Of a stretch of 64,000 bases of DNA, positions 1-8,938 are shown piece by piece. Source of the stretch: Granulosicoccus sp. (GTDB taxonomy: Bacteria > Pseudomonadota > Gammaproteobacteria > Granulosicoccales > Granulosicoccaceae). Within the stretch, counting starts at the first letter, position 1, and the number at the start of each line of letters is the position of its first letter. Made by a program: the position numbers and the translations under genes. Location: assembly GCA_023300375.1 (NCBI GenBank), contig JALZWO010000086.1, forward strand, positions 7,917 to 71,916, in the 5' to 3' direction. The notes beneath the pieces were generated by a model. That model was not told the origin of the DNA. It saw only the letters and a program-made list of their open reading frames with translations, and did not search any database.

Positions 1-117
1 CATACCGAATTCTCGTTTGTAATGCTGGGCAAATTTCAAACTAACCGATTCAGATAATCGGCTCAGCCTGAACGGCAGGAACTCTTCGAGTATCAGCGGG
101 CTTGTGGTCTTCTTCAT
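1..117 (-). CDS. MarR-family transcriptional regulator (5' part only, runs off the window), divergent from hmgA
   Basis: Not in the ORF track. ATG at 117 reads MKKTTSPLILEEFLPFRLSRLSESVSLKFAQHYKREFGM, matching the L-x-LE-x-FLP(Y/F)RLS N-terminus of MarR regulators found next to hmgA. Confidence 0.8.
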   Translation of the reverse strand, partial: MKKTTSPLILEEFLPFRLSRLSESVSLKFAQHYKREFGM

Positions 118-128
118 TGGCGTTGATA

Positions 129-157
129 GTTACAAAAGCAATGGTTACAATTGTAAC
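129..157. promoter_or_regulatory. Putative MarR operator: perfect palindrome GTTACAATTGTAAC (144-157) plus an extra half-site GTTACAA (129-135)
   Basis: Seen directly in the 63-bp gap between the divergent marR and hmgA genes. Confidence 0.6.
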
Positions 158-180
158 TAAAGTGACCGCTAGGGGCGACA

Positions 181-1479
181 ATGGTTCTCGAATATCAATC
201 GGGGTTTGGCAACGATTTTGAAACTGAAGCGGTTTTGGGTGCGCTGCCGCAAGGGCAGAACAGCCCCCAGAACTGTGCCTTCGGTTTGTACGCCGAGCAG
301 CTTTCTGGTTCGGCGTTTACCGCACCGAGAGGCCAGAATGAACGCTCTTGGCTCTATCGTATTCGGCCCAGTGTGCTGCATACCAACCGGTTCGAGCAGT
401 TTGACGTTGCCCTGTGGCAATCGGCGCCGCATAGCAGATCATCGGCATTGCCGTTAGGCCAGTATCGTTGGGATCCGATTCCAGCAGCAGCACCCAACAC
501 CACATTCGTGGATGGGGTCAACACCATGACCACTGCGGGTGATGTGCAAACACAGACGGGTATGGCAGCGCATATCTATGACTTCAATACGAACGATGCA
601 GACACCTATTTTTGTAACGCTGATGGTGAAATGTTGTTTGTGCCTCAACAAGGCGATTTGCGCCTATTTACCGAACTTGGTTGCCTGTTGGTATCACCTG
701 GGGATATAGCCGTTGTGCCTCGTGGCATGATCTTTCGGGCGGATTGCATGGGCGACACTGCCAGAGGCTATCTGTGTGAGAACTATGGAGCGCCATTAAC
801 CTTGCCTGAGCGCGGGCCTATCGGTGCGAACTGTTTGGCTAACCCGCGTGATTTTAAAACGCCAGTGGCAGCGTTTGAGGATAAGGAAGTCGATTGTCAT
901 GTGATTTACAAATGGAGTGGTGAATTTCATCGTACTCTTATAGACCATTCGCCTTTAGATGTGGTGGCCTGGCATGGCAACTACGCGCCTTATAAGTATG
1001 ACCTTTCAACTTTTTCGCCTGTTGGAGCCATTGCTTTCGATCATCCAGATCCCTCGATATTCACGGTGTTAACATCACCAACAGAGCAAGATGGAACGGC
1101 GAACATAGACTTCGTTATCTTTCCTCCGCGTTGGATGGTGGCAGAAAATACGTTCCGTCCGCCTTGGTATCACCGAAATATCATGAGTGAATTCATGGGG
1201 CTCATCAAAGGGGCTTATGATGCGAAAGAGAAGGGGTTTGTTCCTGGGGGCGCAAGCTTGCACAATCAGATGCTTCCACATGGGCCAGATGCTTTCGGAT
1301 TTAATAAGGCATCAACAGACACTCTGGGGCCTGTAAAACTAGACAATACTCTGGCCTTCATGTTCGAAACACGATACGCGCAGAAAGTCACGCAATACGC
1401 GAGTCAACTCACTGGCTTGCAAGATGACTACATCGATTGTTGGCGTGATCTTAAACGCCGCTTTCCAAAACAAGATTGA
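181..1479 (+). CDS. hmgA: Homogentisate 1,2-dioxygenase
   Basis: Motifs [56 protein letters not shown] and SLHN-MLPHGPD. Confidence 0.97.
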   Translation: MVLEYQSGFGNDFETEAVLGALPQGQNSPQNCAFGLYAEQLSGSAFTAPRGQNERSWLYRIRPSVLHTNRFEQFDVALWQSAPHSRSSALPLGQYRWDPIPAAAPNTTFVDGVNTMTTAGDVQTQTGMAAHIYDFNTNDADTYFCNADGEMLFVPQQGDLRLFTELGCLLVSPGDIAVVPRGMIFRADCMGDTARGYLCENYGAPLTLPERGPIGANCLANPRDFKTPVAAFEDKEVDCHVIYKWSGEFHRTLIDHSPLDVVAWHGNYAPYKYDLSTFSPVGAIAFDHPDPSIFTVLTSPTEQDGTANIDFVIFPPRWMVAENTFRPPWYHRNIMSEFMGLIKGAYDAKEKGFVPGGASLHNQMLPHGPDAFGFNKASTDTLGPVKLDNTLAFMFETRYAQKVTQYASQLTGLQDDYIDCWRDLKRRFPKQD

Positions 1480-1530
1480 TCCTACATTTTCAACAGCTGG
1501 TTAAGGCTGTTCATTCGGTATCAGTGAACT

Positions 1531-2544
1531 ATGAAACTGGCAACTAAACGTCATTCACGTAGAGATGGGCAATTGGTGGTTGTTTCCACCGATCTAAGCC
1601 GGTATGTTTTGGCAGAGGATATTGCACCGACCCTACAAGCTGCACTCGACGAGTGGGATAACATGGCTCCCAAATTACAGGCTTTATCAGATCAGCTGAA
1701 CAGTGATGTAAACATGGGACAACACTTTGATCAGTTGGATGCAGAATCCCCACTGCCCAGAGCGTACCAATGGGCCGATGGCTCGGCGTATGTGAATCAC
1801 GTGGAGTTAGTAAGGAAGGCTCGAGGTGCTGAAGTGCCTGAGAGTTTCTGGACAGATCCGCTCATGTACCAGGGGGGCTCAGATACTTTTTTAGGGCCAC
1901 GCGATGATATTGAAATGCTCACCACCGATTGGGGTATTGATATGGAAGGCGAAATAGCGGTTATTACGGGTGATGTGCCATTCGGTGCAACTGCTGAACA
2001 AGCCAGCGATAGCATTCGTTTGTTCATGCTGGTGAATGACGTTTCACTTCGGGGGCTTATCCCCGCTGAATTGGCTAAGGGCTTTGGTTTTTTTCAAAGC
2101 AAACCTTCATCAGCCTTTTCTCCGGTGGCTGTAACTCCCGACGAGCTGGGTGAGGCTTGGGTTGATGGAAAAGTCCATTTACCCCTGCTTGTTGACTACA
2201 ACGACAAACCATTTGGAAAAGCTAACGCCGGTATCGATATGACGTTTAATTTTCCAACCTTGATCAGCCACGCAAGCAAGTCGCGTGCACTCAGCGCTGG
2301 CACGATCGTGGGCTCTGGCACGGTAAGTAATAAAATGGATGGCGAGCCCGGCAAGCCCATAGAGCACGGTGGTGTGGGCTATTCTTGTATTGCTGAAATT
2401 AGAATGATCGAAACGATAAACGATGGAAAGCCAAGCACAACATTTATGCAGTTTGGTGATACGGTCAAAATCTCTATGACCGATGCTAACGGCCATTCTC
2501 TGTTTGGTGATATCTATCAAACGGTTAAACAGCGCAAAGCATGA
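1531..2544 (+). CDS. Fumarylacetoacetate hydrolase family protein
   Basis: Motifs RDGQLVVVS, SPLPRAYQWADGSAY, DMEGEIAV, NDVSLR and GSGTVSN; directly downstream of hmgA. Confidence 0.9.
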   Translation: MKLATKRHSRRDGQLVVVSTDLSRYVLAEDIAPTLQAALDEWDNMAPKLQALSDQLNSDVNMGQHFDQLDAESPLPRAYQWADGSAYVNHVELVRKARGAEVPESFWTDPLMYQGGSDTFLGPRDDIEMLTTDWGIDMEGEIAVITGDVPFGATAEQASDSIRLFMLVNDVSLRGLIPAELAKGFGFFQSKPSSAFSPVAVTPDELGEAWVDGKVHLPLLVDYNDKPFGKANAGIDMTFNFPTLISHASKSRALSAGTIVGSGTVSNKMDGEPGKPIEHGGVGYSCIAEIRMIETINDGKPSTTFMQFGDTVKISMTDANGHSLFGDIYQTVKQRKA

Positions 2545-2763
2545 TTGCTGTTGTCATTGAATATGCACAACGACTTTCAATCGTCTACGTCATGAAAATC
2601 CTGTCAGTCGTGTAAGACAGTGGTTGGCGCTAGGTGATGATCGTGCGTAGTGGTGAGTATTCTATTTGGAATTGTGAATGTTTAGTCAGTGGCTTATCCA
2701 AACGCTAGCGCCCGATTAAAACGTGAGCAAACTCTTTGATGATTATCTGTCTGGCTGGTGAAC

Positions 2764-2793
2764 ATAACTTTGCTGCCTAGGCAGCAAAGTTAT
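2764..2793. repeat. Perfect 30-bp palindrome between convergent genes; probable bidirectional terminator
   Basis: ATAACTTTGCTGCCT followed immediately by AGGCAGCAAAGTTAT, 30 bp beyond the GMC stop codon. Confidence 0.7.
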
Positions 2794-2822
2794 CACTCAA
2801 TTATGAAAAACAAATCGGCTCG

Positions 2823-4391
2823 CTAAATAGTCCGCTCGTTCATCTGCTTTTCAATGTAGTCAGCCTGGCGAATAGCTAAACTCACAATAGTGAGCGTGGG
2901 ATTCTCAGCACCGCCGGTTGTGAATTGACTGCCATCGGATACAAACAGATTGTCTATGTCGTGGCTTTGGCCAAAACCATTGACTACGCCGTCTTTGGCG
3001 TCGCGGCTCATGCGTAGCGTACCCAAGTTGTGCGTTGATGGGTACGGTGGAGTGGGGTAGGTTTGCGTGGCTCCTACCGAATCGTATAAGGCCATACCTT
3101 GTTGATACGCATGATTACGCATAGCGACATCGTTAGGGTGATCATCAAAGTGCACATTGGCTGCAGGCATATCAAATTGATCCTTTTCATCGGATAGGGT
3201 GATGCCGTTAGATTCTTGCGGCATGTCTTCACCCACTAGCCACATGCCCGCCATGTTCTGATAAGTGTCCATTGCCGCTGAGAACTCGCGACCCCAAGCC
3301 CCTGGATTGAGAAACGCTGCCATGAACGGTACGCCAATAGATAGAGTTTCCATTTCATAGCCACCCACAAAGCCACGATCGGGATTGTTGACGGATTCAT
3401 CGGTGATTATTCCAGCCATGGTGGTGCCTCGGTACATATTAACGGGCTTGTCAAAGGCTGCATAAACAGAGCCTGTCATGTGCCGCATGTAGTTCCTGCC
3501 CACCTGTCCTGAGCTGTTTGCTAAACCATCAGAGAATAGCGATGACGCCGAATTAAGCAGTATGCGAGGGCTTTCAATCGAGTTGCCAGCAACACACACC
3601 ACTCGGGCTTTTTGCTCGAATTGATTACCTTCAAGGTCTTGATAGACAACGCCCGACACTTTGCCGTTGTTGTCGTGATTGATTTTTAGAACATGTGCGT
3701 TTTCGCGCACTTCCAGATTACCTGTGAGTTCTCCTTTGGGTATTTCTGTGTAAGCGGTAGACCATTTAGCACCCATTTTGCAGCCTTGAAAACAAAAGCC
3801 AAGCTGTTGGCAGGCTGGTCTGCCATCTCGTGGTTCTGAGTTAATTGCCATGCGGCCGGTGTGGCAGTTTTTATAACCCAACTTATCAGCACCAGCTTTC
3901 ATTACTTTGAAGTTGTTATTGCCGGGCAAACCTGGAATGCCATTAGTGCGAGTGACTCCCATTTTATCTTCAGCTTTGTCGTAATAAGGCTCGAGATCTT
4001 TAAGGGTGACTGGCCAGTCCAGTAGATTTGCGCCGTCAAGATCGCCATACTCTGTTCTGGCACGAAATTCATGCTCTTGTAAGCGAAGCGATGCGCCTGC
4101 CCAGTGCACCGTTGAACCACCTACCGCTTTAACAATCCAGGCGGGAAGATTGGGAAAGTCTTTAGCCACTCTCCAGTCGCCTGATGTGGTTCGCATATCC
4201 GTCCACGCGAGTTGGCTGAAGCTAGGCCATTCGTTATTCAGGTAATCCTGCGGTAGGTGCCTGCCGCCGGCTTCAAGAGCGACCACGCTGATACCTTTCT
4301 GCGCGAGTTCGTTAGCTAAGGTTCCACCACCTGCACCGGTGCCAATAATGACTACAACACTATTATCATTTACATCAAAAGGAGCTGCCAT
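2823..4391 (-). CDS. GMC-family oxidoreductase (FAD large subunit)
   Basis: GTGAGG FAD motif, GGSTVHWAG, Cys cluster CQQLGFCFQGC, HNLGT and NPTLTI. Confidence 0.92.
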   Translation of the reverse strand: MAAPFDVNDNSVVVIIGTGAGGGTLANELAQKGISVVALEAGGRHLPQDYLNNEWPSFSQLAWTDMRTTSGDWRVAKDFPNLPAWIVKAVGGSTVHWAGASLRLQEHEFRARTEYGDLDGANLLDWPVTLKDLEPYYDKAEDKMGVTRTNGIPGLPGNNNFKVMKAGADKLGYKNCHTGRMAINSEPRDGRPACQQLGFCFQGCKMGAKWSTAYTEIPKGELTGNLEVRENAHVLKINHDNNGKVSGVVYQDLEGNQFEQKARVVCVAGNSIESPRILLNSASSLFSDGLANSSGQVGRNYMRHMTGSVYAAFDKPVNMYRGTTMAGIITDESVNNPDRGFVGGYEMETLSIGVPFMAAFLNPGAWGREFSAAMDTYQNMAGMWLVGEDMPQESNGITLSDEKDQFDMPAANVHFDDHPNDVAMRNHAYQQGMALYDSVGATQTYPTPPYPSTHNLGTLRMSRDAKDGVVNGFGQSHDIDNLFVSDGSQFTTGGAENPTLTIVSLAIRQADYIEKQMNERTI

Positions 4392-4438
4392 GAGATTTGT
4401 TTCTCCGCGTTAAGCTGTTGTTAGAATTGTATAAACGG

Positions 4439-5017
4439 CTACACCCACTGGATGTCGTCAAAGCCGCGTTCTAGGTAGCCACCTTTTTCAAAGGACGACC
4501 CTTCATAACCCAACAAATCCCAAACAGCTTCTTGGTTATACAAGCCCACAACAAGACCACCTCTTATGGTCTGAAAAAATTCACTATCTTCTATGGATTT
4601 CAGTATGGCCGTGCGCTCTGCCTCCCAGCCAACATTCAGGTAATGCTTATAGCCTTGGTCCTGAGCCAAGGTGTTTAAGGTGCCTACACCTTCTTCCAGA
4701 AATTGTTTGAATGGCGCATCTGCTGCGGCCTTTTCGTCATGTCCTTTAACCGCTGCAACGTAAAGCTCATCGCCAAACTGATCGTGCGGATAAATGTCTC
4801 TTGCCATTTGCACCAAGGTGGCCATCATGGACGGCTCACCTGATTGCACCTCCAATGCCCAGGTCGCCGAGCTGGCTGCCACAAATCCACCACCCACCAC
4901 CATGCTGCCGCCAATAGCGACGCTGCGTTTGAGTAGTTGTCTGCGCGTAAGCTTGTGCAATTCGGACTTTCGTTGGGTAAAGGTAATTACCGAATCCGGA
5001 GTTGAGTCTGGTTTCAT
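4439..5017 (-). CDS. Tat-signal small subunit, gluconate-2-dehydrogenase subunit 3-like
   Basis: TRRQLLK twin-arginine motif followed by a hydrophobic stretch; C-terminal LYNQEAVWDLLGYEG. Start moved to ATG 5017. Confidence 0.75.
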   Translation of the reverse strand: MKPDSTPDSVITFTQRKSELHKLTRRQLLKRSVAIGGSMVVGGGFVAASSATWALEVQSGEPSMMATLVQMARDIYPHDQFGDELYVAAVKGHDEKAAADAPFKQFLEEGVGTLNTLAQDQGYKHYLNVGWEAERTAILKSIEDSEFFQTIRGGLVVGLYNQEAVWDLLGYEGSSFEKGGYLERGFDDIQWV

Positions 5018-5149
5018 GAAATGGCTCCAAGGTGCTCGCTTGTGGACAGGGCAAGTGCTATCCACTGGTTATTGTTGATGTATCTTTAACTTCTGAATGC
5101 TTACCTGCCTTAAAAATAGAACGAAAAAAGAGATGAAGAACGTGACTAT

Positions 5150-5545
5150 TTAACGGTATCTACCGTGCTGTTGCAGTACTTCTATTTCATAACCGTCAGG
5201 GTCTTTTACAAAGAAAAACTTGGCCAACAGCACACCCTCACGATTGAATTCAACAATGTCACGAGGCTGATAACCTAGAGCCTGCAGCTTTGCATGCTCT
5301 GACTCAAGGTTGTCTACACACAGTGCAAAGTGTCCGTATCCATCACCTAAGTTGTAAGGATCGTTACGACCCTTATTCACAGTGAGTTCCAGCTCGAAAC
5401 TGTTTTCTGCATTACTTAGATAGACAAGCGTGAAGGATTCAAAATCTAATCGCTCAGCGATGTTTAAATCAAAGGCCTGCTGATAGAACTCAACAGAGCG
5501 TTGTTCATCAAGTACACGAATCATTGAATGAATGGCTTTCGCCAT
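5150..5545 (-). CDS. VOC/glyoxalase family protein (lactoylglutathione lyase-like)
   Basis: HSMIRV, ELELTVN, GYGHFAL and DPDGYEIEV metal-binding motifs. Confidence 0.9.
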   Translation of the reverse strand: MAKAIHSMIRVLDEQRSVEFYQQAFDLNIAERLDFESFTLVYLSNAENSFELELTVNKGRNDPYNLGDGYGHFALCVDNLESEHAKLQALGYQPRDIVEFNREGVLLAKFFFVKDPDGYEIEVLQQHGRYR

Positions 5546-5913
5546 GGAACTCTCCTCATGGTTGTTGACTAGTTAATATCAGATGAGCAGTGCATTGGCT
5601 CAACACAGCATGATGCTCGCAATGGCGTCTGGTCTAATGAGTAGGCTTTACTATGCAACTAGAGGGTGAAAAAGTAAAGCTGATGCGAGGAGTGCTGAGC
5701 CAGGTGCGCGAGCGGCAAGGCTGCGGGTCTGAAGTGGCTTTTGCCAACTGGTATGTAAGGGCTTGTGAAAAACTGTATTGATCGATGGCTATTAGGTAAG
5801 GCTATGAGGATTCGGGAAACCTAACTGAGTGGGCGAACGTGGTCTGGCCATTTAGATACTTCCGGTTACAGCAAAAAAAGTGAGTACTGGGGCAAGGAAT
5901 AACCTTTAAAGTA

Positions 5914-5942
5914 TTGACAACCTACTAGTTGGTAGGTAATCT
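5914..5942 (+). promoter_or_regulatory. Sigma70 promoter of tetR, with operator ACCTACTAGTTGGT (5920-5933) in the spacer
   Basis: TTGACA (5914-5919), 17-bp spacer, TAATCT (5937-5942). The operator matches the palindrome at 6540-6553 at 13 of 14 positions. Confidence 0.8.
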
Positions 5943-5949
5943 ATTTAGC

Positions 5950-6516
5950 ATGCAATCCAAATCCACAAGAGACCTCATTTTAGATTGCGCCCAGGGCCTA
6001 GCCCAGTCGCTAGGGTTTAATGCGTTCAGTTATGCCGATATCGCAACCGAGTTGGGCATTAGGAAGGCCAGTATTCATTATTACTTTGCATCCAAGCATG
6101 ATCTGGAGGCCGAGTTGTTGGAACGCTACAGGGTGGGGTTTATTGCTGAGTTAAATTCCATAGAAGCTAACGTAGTGGGTAGCTCCAATCGTTTAAAGCA
6201 TTACACGCAACTGTATTTAAATACTCTAAAAAACAACAGAATTTGTCTTTGCGGGATGATGGCATCTGATGTTGGCGCTTTACCTGAGGAACTTACTCCT
6301 TCCTTAAAGTCTTTTTTCAAAGAGCATGTAGAGTGGCTAGAAAAAATTATGAATGCAGGAAAAGTCGACGGTGAATTGTCGTTTGCAGGTAGTGCTCAAT
6401 CGCAAGCCAATGTCTTTTTAGCTGCACTGCAGGGTGGACTACTTATCGCGAATGCAATGGGCGATGAGGCTGTATTCTCAAAATTAAGCCAGTCAATCGT
6501 TGCACAGCTTAAATAG
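5950..6516 (+). CDS. TetR/AcrR-family regulator (AcuR/NemR-like)
   Basis: HTH GFNAFSYADIATELGIRKASIHYYF and C-terminal CLCG motif. ATG 5950 preferred because the ORF-track start lies inside the promoter. Confidence 0.92.
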   Translation: MQSKSTRDLILDCAQGLAQSLGFNAFSYADIATELGIRKASIHYYFASKHDLEAELLERYRVGFIAELNSIEANVVGSSNRLKHYTQLYLNTLKNNRICLCGMMASDVGALPEELTPSLKSFFKEHVEWLEKIMNAGKVDGELSFAGSAQSQANVFLAALQGGLLIANAMGDEAVFSKLSQSIVAQLK

Positions 6517-6533
6517 CTTTTTTTTGGCCCATT

Positions 6534-6562
6534 TTAACTACCTACTAGTAGGTAACTAATTG
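6534..6562 (+). promoter_or_regulatory. Second promoter/operator: perfect palindrome TACCTACTAGTAGGTA (6539-6554) in the spacer of TTAACT-N17-TAATTG
   Basis: Same architecture as the 5914-5942 site. A stem-loop follows at 6563-6591. Confidence 0.7.
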
Positions 6563-6692
6563 TTACTTGCTGACTCAAGGTCGGCAAGTAAAGAGATGCA
6601 CAGGCAATGCGTTCTGATTTTTCGGGGCGCTGCTTGATGTTGGTAGTGAAGTACTGGTTGGACGCAAAACAATTTTCTCAAAGGAACAGATC

Positions 6693-7634
6693 ATGAAAAA
6701 TGTAGGAATAAGCAGAAGAGCTTTGTTGAAAACGGCGGCGGCAAGCTCCTTGATAGTAGGTGCGCCTTCAATAGTCAGCGCAGGAAGCTTGAAAGGTGGT
6801 CCGATAGGTCAAGGCAGGGCGCCTATCGCAGATGGTTCCATGATGATCACTGAATTTAAAAACACCAAAATACACAGTTATGTCAGTCCGAATCTTACTG
6901 GGTGCGTAACCACACACATCATTGAAACACCCGCTCGGCTCATCATTGTGGATGGTCAACGCTCAGTGATTTTTGGTCAGCAAATACGCGAATACGCAGA
7001 AAAACTGGGTAAGCCTATTGATCGAATGATCGTGTCGCATTTGCACCCAGATCACTGGTTTGGTTCATATCAGTTCAGAGATGTACCCCTATATTCTCTG
7101 GAGAGCACGCAAAGCGAAATTGACGCTTTGGGCGATTACTTTATCGAGATCAGCAAGCCCTCATTGGGCGATCATGTACCGATAGAAAAGGTAGTGCCCA
7201 ACAAGATCATAGCCGATGGCTCTAGTCATAGTGTTGATGGCGTGGTTATGGAATTTACCCACGTAACAGATGCTGAATCAGACAATATGCTAACTATTTT
7301 CTTGCCTGAAGAAAAGGTATTGATAGCGCAGGACATGTTGTACAACAACTGTCATTTGTTTTGTGGACACGGTAATTTTGAAGGCTGGCAAGCAGGGCTA
7401 AAAGCCATGAGAAAAGATACTTCCTACGATCTGGTACTACCGGGGCATGGTGAGAACACGGGTTCAAGGCAAGCGATTGATGATGCCTTGGTGTATCTGG
7501 AATTTGTGGAAGCTGCTTATGCCAAAGTCGACACAGGCGATGAGCTGAAAGCTGCAATTATGGATCGATATCCTTCATATCTTGCGTCTTCCTTGGTTGA
7601 TATACAGAACCTGTTTTTGTTTCCGAAAAAGTAG
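6693..7634 (+). CDS. Tat-exported metallo-beta-lactamase-fold hydrolase
   Basis: SRRALLK Tat motif, SHLHPDH (HxHxDH), QD and PGHG; ribosome-binding site AAGGA. Confidence 0.88.
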   Translation: MKNVGISRRALLKTAAASSLIVGAPSIVSAGSLKGGPIGQGRAPIADGSMMITEFKNTKIHSYVSPNLTGCVTTHIIETPARLIIVDGQRSVIFGQQIREYAEKLGKPIDRMIVSHLHPDHWFGSYQFRDVPLYSLESTQSEIDALGDYFIEISKPSLGDHVPIEKVVPNKIIADGSSHSVDGVVMEFTHVTDAESDNMLTIFLPEEKVLIAQDMLYNNCHLFCGHGNFEGWQAGLKAMRKDTSYDLVLPGHGENTGSRQAIDDALVYLEFVEAAYAKVDTGDELKAAIMDRYPSYLASSLVDIQNLFLFPKK

Positions 7635-7646
7635 AGGTAGTAGCAA

Positions 7647-7853
7647 ATGAGACAATCAATACATCCCGTTGTTGGGCCCACCGTTTATAGCTGTGGCCGT
7701 TGCAGTACGCAATTCAAGGTTGAGTCAACACGGCAGACCGATTTAGTGCTTGATGTGTGCTCGAATTGTCACCCAGCGTATACGGGTAAAGAGATGAAAA
7801 GCGTAACGAACAATCGTATTGAGTCTTTCAATAATCGATATAAATTCAATTAA
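7647..7853 (+). CDS. rpmE: 50S ribosomal protein L31 (zinc-binding type), divergent paralog
   Basis: IHP...SCGRC...STR..DLVLDVCSNCHPAYTGK...RIESFNNRY aligns by eye with L31; GAGGT RBS; 12 bp after the MBL gene. Confidence 0.8.
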   Translation: MRQSIHPVVGPTVYSCGRCSTQFKVESTRQTDLVLDVCSNCHPAYTGKEMKSVTNNRIESFNNRYKFN

Positions 7854-7882
7854 ATACGCTTGAAAATGTCTGATTTAAAGTG

Positions 7883-7899
7883 GGCCCGTTTTGCGGGCC
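7883..7899 (+). terminator. Possible terminator hairpin after the L31 gene
   Basis: GGCCCG-TTTTG-CGGGCC stem; U-tract is weak. Confidence 0.4.
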
Positions 7900-8231
7900 T
7901 GCTATTGCTGGTGAACGCCTGGGAGGGTCATTATTTAAGGCAAGGGTCGGTTCAGCGATGAATTCCCTACAAGAGGTCGGTTTAAGGTGTCCTGTTTCTG
8001 AGTGTAGACATGAGAGGTGCGGTTAGGGTGGCACCGGTGCATTGGTAAGAGTCGTCCGGTACAATGTTAGCGTGGATATTAGCGCTAACAACCGGTGTGG
8101 GTTGCGATAAGGTTAGTTGCCGATACTCGTCGAATCAAATTGGCGATATGCTGTCGTTAAATAGCCAAACAACGTACCCGGTGTGTTATCGCTCAACTGG
8201 GTTTAATACAATCTCTGAGAGGACTCTCTAC

Positions 8232-8936
8232 ATGAACAAGATCCACGCGACCGCCACTGAGGCGCTCGATGGTTTGCTGTTTGACGGTATGCAAATCGCC
8301 GCTGGTGGTTTTGGCCTGTGCGGCATACCTGAATTGCTCATAGATGCGCTGGTCGAGTCCGGTGTTAAAGACCTGAGCATCGCTTCAAACAACGCTGGCG
8401 TCGATGGTTTTGGTCTGGGCAAATTACTCGAAACACGGCAAGTGAAAAAAATGCTGTCGTCCTACGTTGGCGAGAATGCCGAATTTATGCGTCAATATCT
8501 AGCTGGAGAGCTCGAACTAGAATTCAATCCGCAAGGCACGCTAGCCGAACGCATGCGTTCGGGGGGTTGTGGTATTCCTGGTTTCTACACCAAGACAGGC
8601 GTTGGCACTGTCATCGCCGAAGGCAAAGAAGAGAAGGAGTTCGACGGCCAGACGTATATTCTTGAACGTGGAATTGTTGCAGACCTTGCGATCGTCAAGG
8701 CTTGGAAGGCAGACGACACAGGTAATGCGGTGTTCCGAAAAACAGCCCGTAACTTCAACCCTGTTGCGGCAATGTGTGGAAAGGTTTGTGTTATGGAAGT
8801 GGAAGAGATCGTGCCTAGCGGCTCGCTCGATCCAGACTCCATACATTTACCGGGTATTTACGTGCACCGCCTGATCCAAGGCACTCACGAAAAACGCATC
8901 GAACAACGTACCACCCGCAAGCAAGAGGAGGCTTGA
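8232..8936 (+). CDS. scoA: 3-oxoacid CoA-transferase subunit A
   Basis: GGFGLCGIPE, SNNAG, QGTLAER and KTARNFNP. Start at ATG 8232 (AGAGGA RBS). Confidence 0.93.
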   Translation: MNKIHATATEALDGLLFDGMQIAAGGFGLCGIPELLIDALVESGVKDLSIASNNAGVDGFGLGKLLETRQVKKMLSSYVGENAEFMRQYLAGELELEFNPQGTLAERMRSGGCGIPGFYTKTGVGTVIAEGKEEKEFDGQTYILERGIVADLAIVKAWKADDTGNAVFRKTARNFNPVAAMCGKVCVMEVEEIVPSGSLDPDSIHLPGIYVHRLIQGTHEKRIEQRTTRKQEEA

Positions 8937-8938
8937 TC

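Noticed and set aside
5546-5913. Possible decayed gene in the VOC-tetR gap (also checked 9563-9840 and 7900-8230)
   Set aside because: Frames I translated by eye gave no family resemblance.
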